Shown in pieces: positions 24,917-27,048 of a stretch of 27,048 nt of DNA (the first letter of the stretch is position 1; every line of letters begins with the position of its first letter). Source of the DNA: Thermoplasmatales archaeon SW_10_69_26 (GTDB taxonomy: Archaea > Thermoplasmatota > SW-10-69-26). The position numbers were made by a program, and so were the translations under genes. The notes under the pieces were generated by a model. The model ran no database searches. It had not been told where the DNA came from and saw only the letters and a program-made list of their open reading frames with translations. Where the stretch lies: contig PXUB01000049.1 of NCBI GenBank assembly GCA_003009755.1, positions 1 through 27,048 on the forward strand. The letters are read 5' to 3'.

Positions 24917-26719
24917 TCAGTAGGCCTTGCCCATGTAGACGACCTGGTCGGTCTCGGTGCCGCAGGCGATGCAGGCGCCCTGCGTCTCCTCGGCGGGCAC
25001 GACCTCGCCGTCCTCGACGGTGCGCGGGAAGCCCATGACGTCCTTGGCGCCCTCGGTCTCGATCTCCTCGGCGCACTCGTCGTCGCCGCACCACCAGGTG
25101 CGCAGCACGCCGGGTTGGTTTTCGGCCTCCTCGAGGGTCTTCACCGTCTGGAGGTTGTCCTCCAGCAGGGCGTCGGCGTCGGTGCGCAGCCGGGTCTTGA
25201 ACGCGGCCAGTTGCTCCTCGACGGCCTCGGCCAGGTCCTCGCGCGGGACGACGAGCTTGCGGCCTTCAGGTGCATCCGTGGCGTGGTCGCTGGCGAGGTC
25301 GACCTCGTCCTCGAACCCGTCGCGGGGCACGAGCACGACCTGGTCGTCGTCGACGTCGCGGGGGCCGATCTCGATGCGGAGGGGGACGCCGCGCTGCTCC
25401 CAGTGGTTGTACTTGAAGCCGGCCGTCTTGTCGCGGTCGTCCAGGCGCACGCGGAACGACTCGTCCAGCTCGTCGGCGACGGCCGCGCAGGCCTCGCGGA
25501 TCTCGTCCTCGGCCTCCTCGAAGATGACCGGCACGACGACGACCTGGATCGGCGCGACGTCGGGCGGCAGGCGCAGGCCCTGGTCGTCGCCGTGGACGCC
25601 GACGATGGACCCGATCAGGCGCTCGCTCATGCCGTAGGTCGTCTGGTGGACGTGGCGGTTGACGCTGAAGAACGGGATCTCGAGGTCGCCGTCCTCGGTC
25701 TCGATGGCCAAGGGCGGGCCCTCGTGGTTCCCGGGGCGGTCGGGCCACTCCCAGGCGAAGCCCTCGGGGGCTTGGACGACCTCGTCGAACGCGCCGGGTC
25801 CGGACTGGTTGTCCAGGTCGGCGTCCTCGTCGGAGACGACGTCGGGGACGCGGTAGGTGGTGTCCTTGTAGGTGACGTCGAACCCGGTCCAGCCGCCGCC
25901 CTCGTCGAGGGGGCCGTTGAACTTGCCGTCGTAGGTGATCGCCTCGGGGTCGAGACCGGAGGCCTCGGCCTGCTCCTCGAACCAGGTGTCGATGTCGACG
26001 ATGTAGTCGACCTCGTAGGGTTCGGAGAAGTTCGTCTTGTAGTGGTGGACGCTGGCGATCTGCAGGGTCCGCATGTCCGGCATGAGGACGTCGGCGGCGA
26101 TCGTGTAGTGGGCGCCGGGGAACTTGTCCCACTCGGGGCGTTGGCAGGTCGTCACCGGGACGCACAGGGCGTCGCTGACGTTCTCGAGGATCTCGAGGTC
26201 CTCGACGATCTGGTCCTCGGCGGCCTCGTAGTCGCGGTGGGCGGTGTGGGCCTCGAAGAAGTGGATCTCGCGCACGCGGATGAACGAGCGCGTGTGCTGG
26301 GTCTCGTAGCGGAACGTGTTGACGATCTGGTAGGTCTTGAATGGCAGATCGCTGTCCGAGCGGATCCACTCGGCGAACATCGAGTACATCGCCGTCTCGC
26401 TCGTCGGCCGCAACAACAGCTTCTCGTCGAGTTCGGTCGTGCCGCCGTGGGTGACCCAGAACACCTCGGCGTCGAAGCCCTCGATGTGGTCGGCCTCCTT
26501 CTGGAACTCCCGTTGCGGGATGAGCAGCGGGAACTCGTACTCGTCGTGCCCGGTGCGCTCCATCTCGCTGTGCGTCACGTCGTCCACGAGATCGCGGATC
26601 TTCACGCCGTAGGGACGCCAGATGTCCATCCCCTTGACGGGGTAGCGCTTGTCGATCAGCTCCGCGTCCTCGATGATGTCGTTGTACCAGGCGGAGAAGT
26701 TCTCGTCCTTGGAGGCCAT
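24917..26719 (-). CDS. proS: Proline--tRNA ligase, archaeal/eukaryotic type, with a large insertion
   Basis: FSAWY, RYPVKG, FP.LIP, LRPTSET, FRYET..R.FIR.RE, HQTTYG.SER, G.K...WE..GVPLRIEIGPRD and C-terminal CIACG...KAY. Confidence 0.97.
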   Translation of the reverse strand: MASKDENFSAWYNDIIEDAELIDKRYPVKGMDIWRPYGVKIRDLVDDVTHSEMERTGHDEYEFPLLIPQREFQKEADHIEGFDAEVFWVTHGGTTELDEKLLLRPTSETAMYSMFAEWIRSDSDLPFKTYQIVNTFRYETQHTRSFIRVREIHFFEAHTAHRDYEAAEDQIVEDLEILENVSDALCVPVTTCQRPEWDKFPGAHYTIAADVLMPDMRTLQIASVHHYKTNFSEPYEVDYIVDIDTWFEEQAEASGLDPEAITYDGKFNGPLDEGGGWTGFDVTYKDTTYRVPDVVSDEDADLDNQSGPGAFDEVVQAPEGFAWEWPDRPGNHEGPPLAIETEDGDLEIPFFSVNRHVHQTTYGMSERLIGSIVGVHGDDQGLRLPPDVAPIQVVVVPVIFEEAEDEIREACAAVADELDESFRVRLDDRDKTAGFKYNHWEQRGVPLRIEIGPRDVDDDQVVLVPRDGFEDEVDLASDHATDAPEGRKLVVPREDLAEAVEEQLAAFKTRLRTDADALLEDNLQTVKTLEEAENQPGVLRTWWCGDDECAEEIETEGAKDVMGFPRTVEDGEVVPAEETQGACIACGTETDQVVYMGKAY

Positions 26720-26786
26720 GGCTACCCGAGTCGCCGGCCGATGCCGGCGGGAGGTAAAAAGGGTTCGTTCGCGGGGTCGAGCGGGG

Positions 26787-27048
26787 CTAGGGGTCCAGTA
26801 GGCCGTGGCCGAGGGCCTCGCGGATCCAGCCGGCCAGCTCGCTGTAGGCCTCCCGACCCTCGTCCGTGAGGTGGATGCGGTCCTGGCCGCGCCCCTCGCG
26901 GGCTTCCCAGGCGATCCAACCCTTGGCCTCCAGCAGTGCGAGGTAGCGACGAAAGACGTCGTAGTTGGTGCGGGTGGCGCGTTGCAGGCTGGACTTGTTG
27001 TGGTCCTCGCCGGGGTCGGCCAAGCGGTCGAGGAACCGGGCCAGCACG
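26787..27048 (-). CDS. Winged-helix DNA-binding protein (HTH_45-like), 5'-truncated by the window edge
   Basis: KSSLQRA.R.NY..F.RYL..L..KGWI...I.LT.EG.EAY. Frame is open at the edge. Confidence 0.8.
   Translation of the reverse strand, partial: VLARFLDRLADPGEDHNKSSLQRATRTNYDVFRRYLALLEAKGWIAWEAREGRGQDRIHLTDEGREAYSELAGWIREALGHGLLDP

Noticed and set aside
25658-26002. ProRS insertion as an intein or intron
   Set aside because: No N-terminal Cys/Ser or C-terminal His-Asn followed by Cys/Ser/Thr. It is in frame with host-like codon use.
1325-26869. Many long overlapping ORFs in the track (e.g. 1325..2587+, 4317..5864+, 5636..7243+, 11539..13647+, 16535..18223-, 23171..24892+, 25115..26869+)
   Set aside because: Antisense or off-frame shadows of real genes in high-GC DNA. 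They are Arg/Gly/Pro-rich or Val/Leu/Gly-rich with no motifs.

Overview
High-GC, acidic-proteome (halophile-like) archaeal chromosomal DNA, most likely a halophilic Thermoplasmatota. Evidence: DUF3198-like gene, archaeal rib genes, rps17e, NOG1, archaeal-type ProRS, a PGF-CTERM protein and TATA-like boxes about 25-35 nt before many starts. It is mostly housekeeping: RecJ-like DHH nuclease, proC, ncsA/ttuA, larE-like, NOG1 GTPase, hutH/hutU, an SDR, two lipoproteins, ribB-ribL-ribC-ribH, rps17e, a proline-dehydrogenase/sarcosine-oxidase-like three-gene complex, proS and several wHTH regulators. Most long ORFs in the supplied track are GC-rich shadow frames. The most unusual elements are: (1) a single CRISPR-like repeat ending in ATTGAAAC at the left edge, followed by an anti-repeat; (2) a stand-alone 34-codon ORF with a strong SD, bracketed by repeats and followed by anti-SD motifs; (3) a dispersed CACAGAG/CACGGAG repeat family forming MITE/REP-like cassettes; (4) a secreted protein with four 6-Cys repeats coupled to a tiny PGF-CTERM protein; (5) an insertion of about 105 aa in ProRS; (6) a frameshifted Mrr-like gene. 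All family assignments come from motifs recognised by eye; no searches were run.
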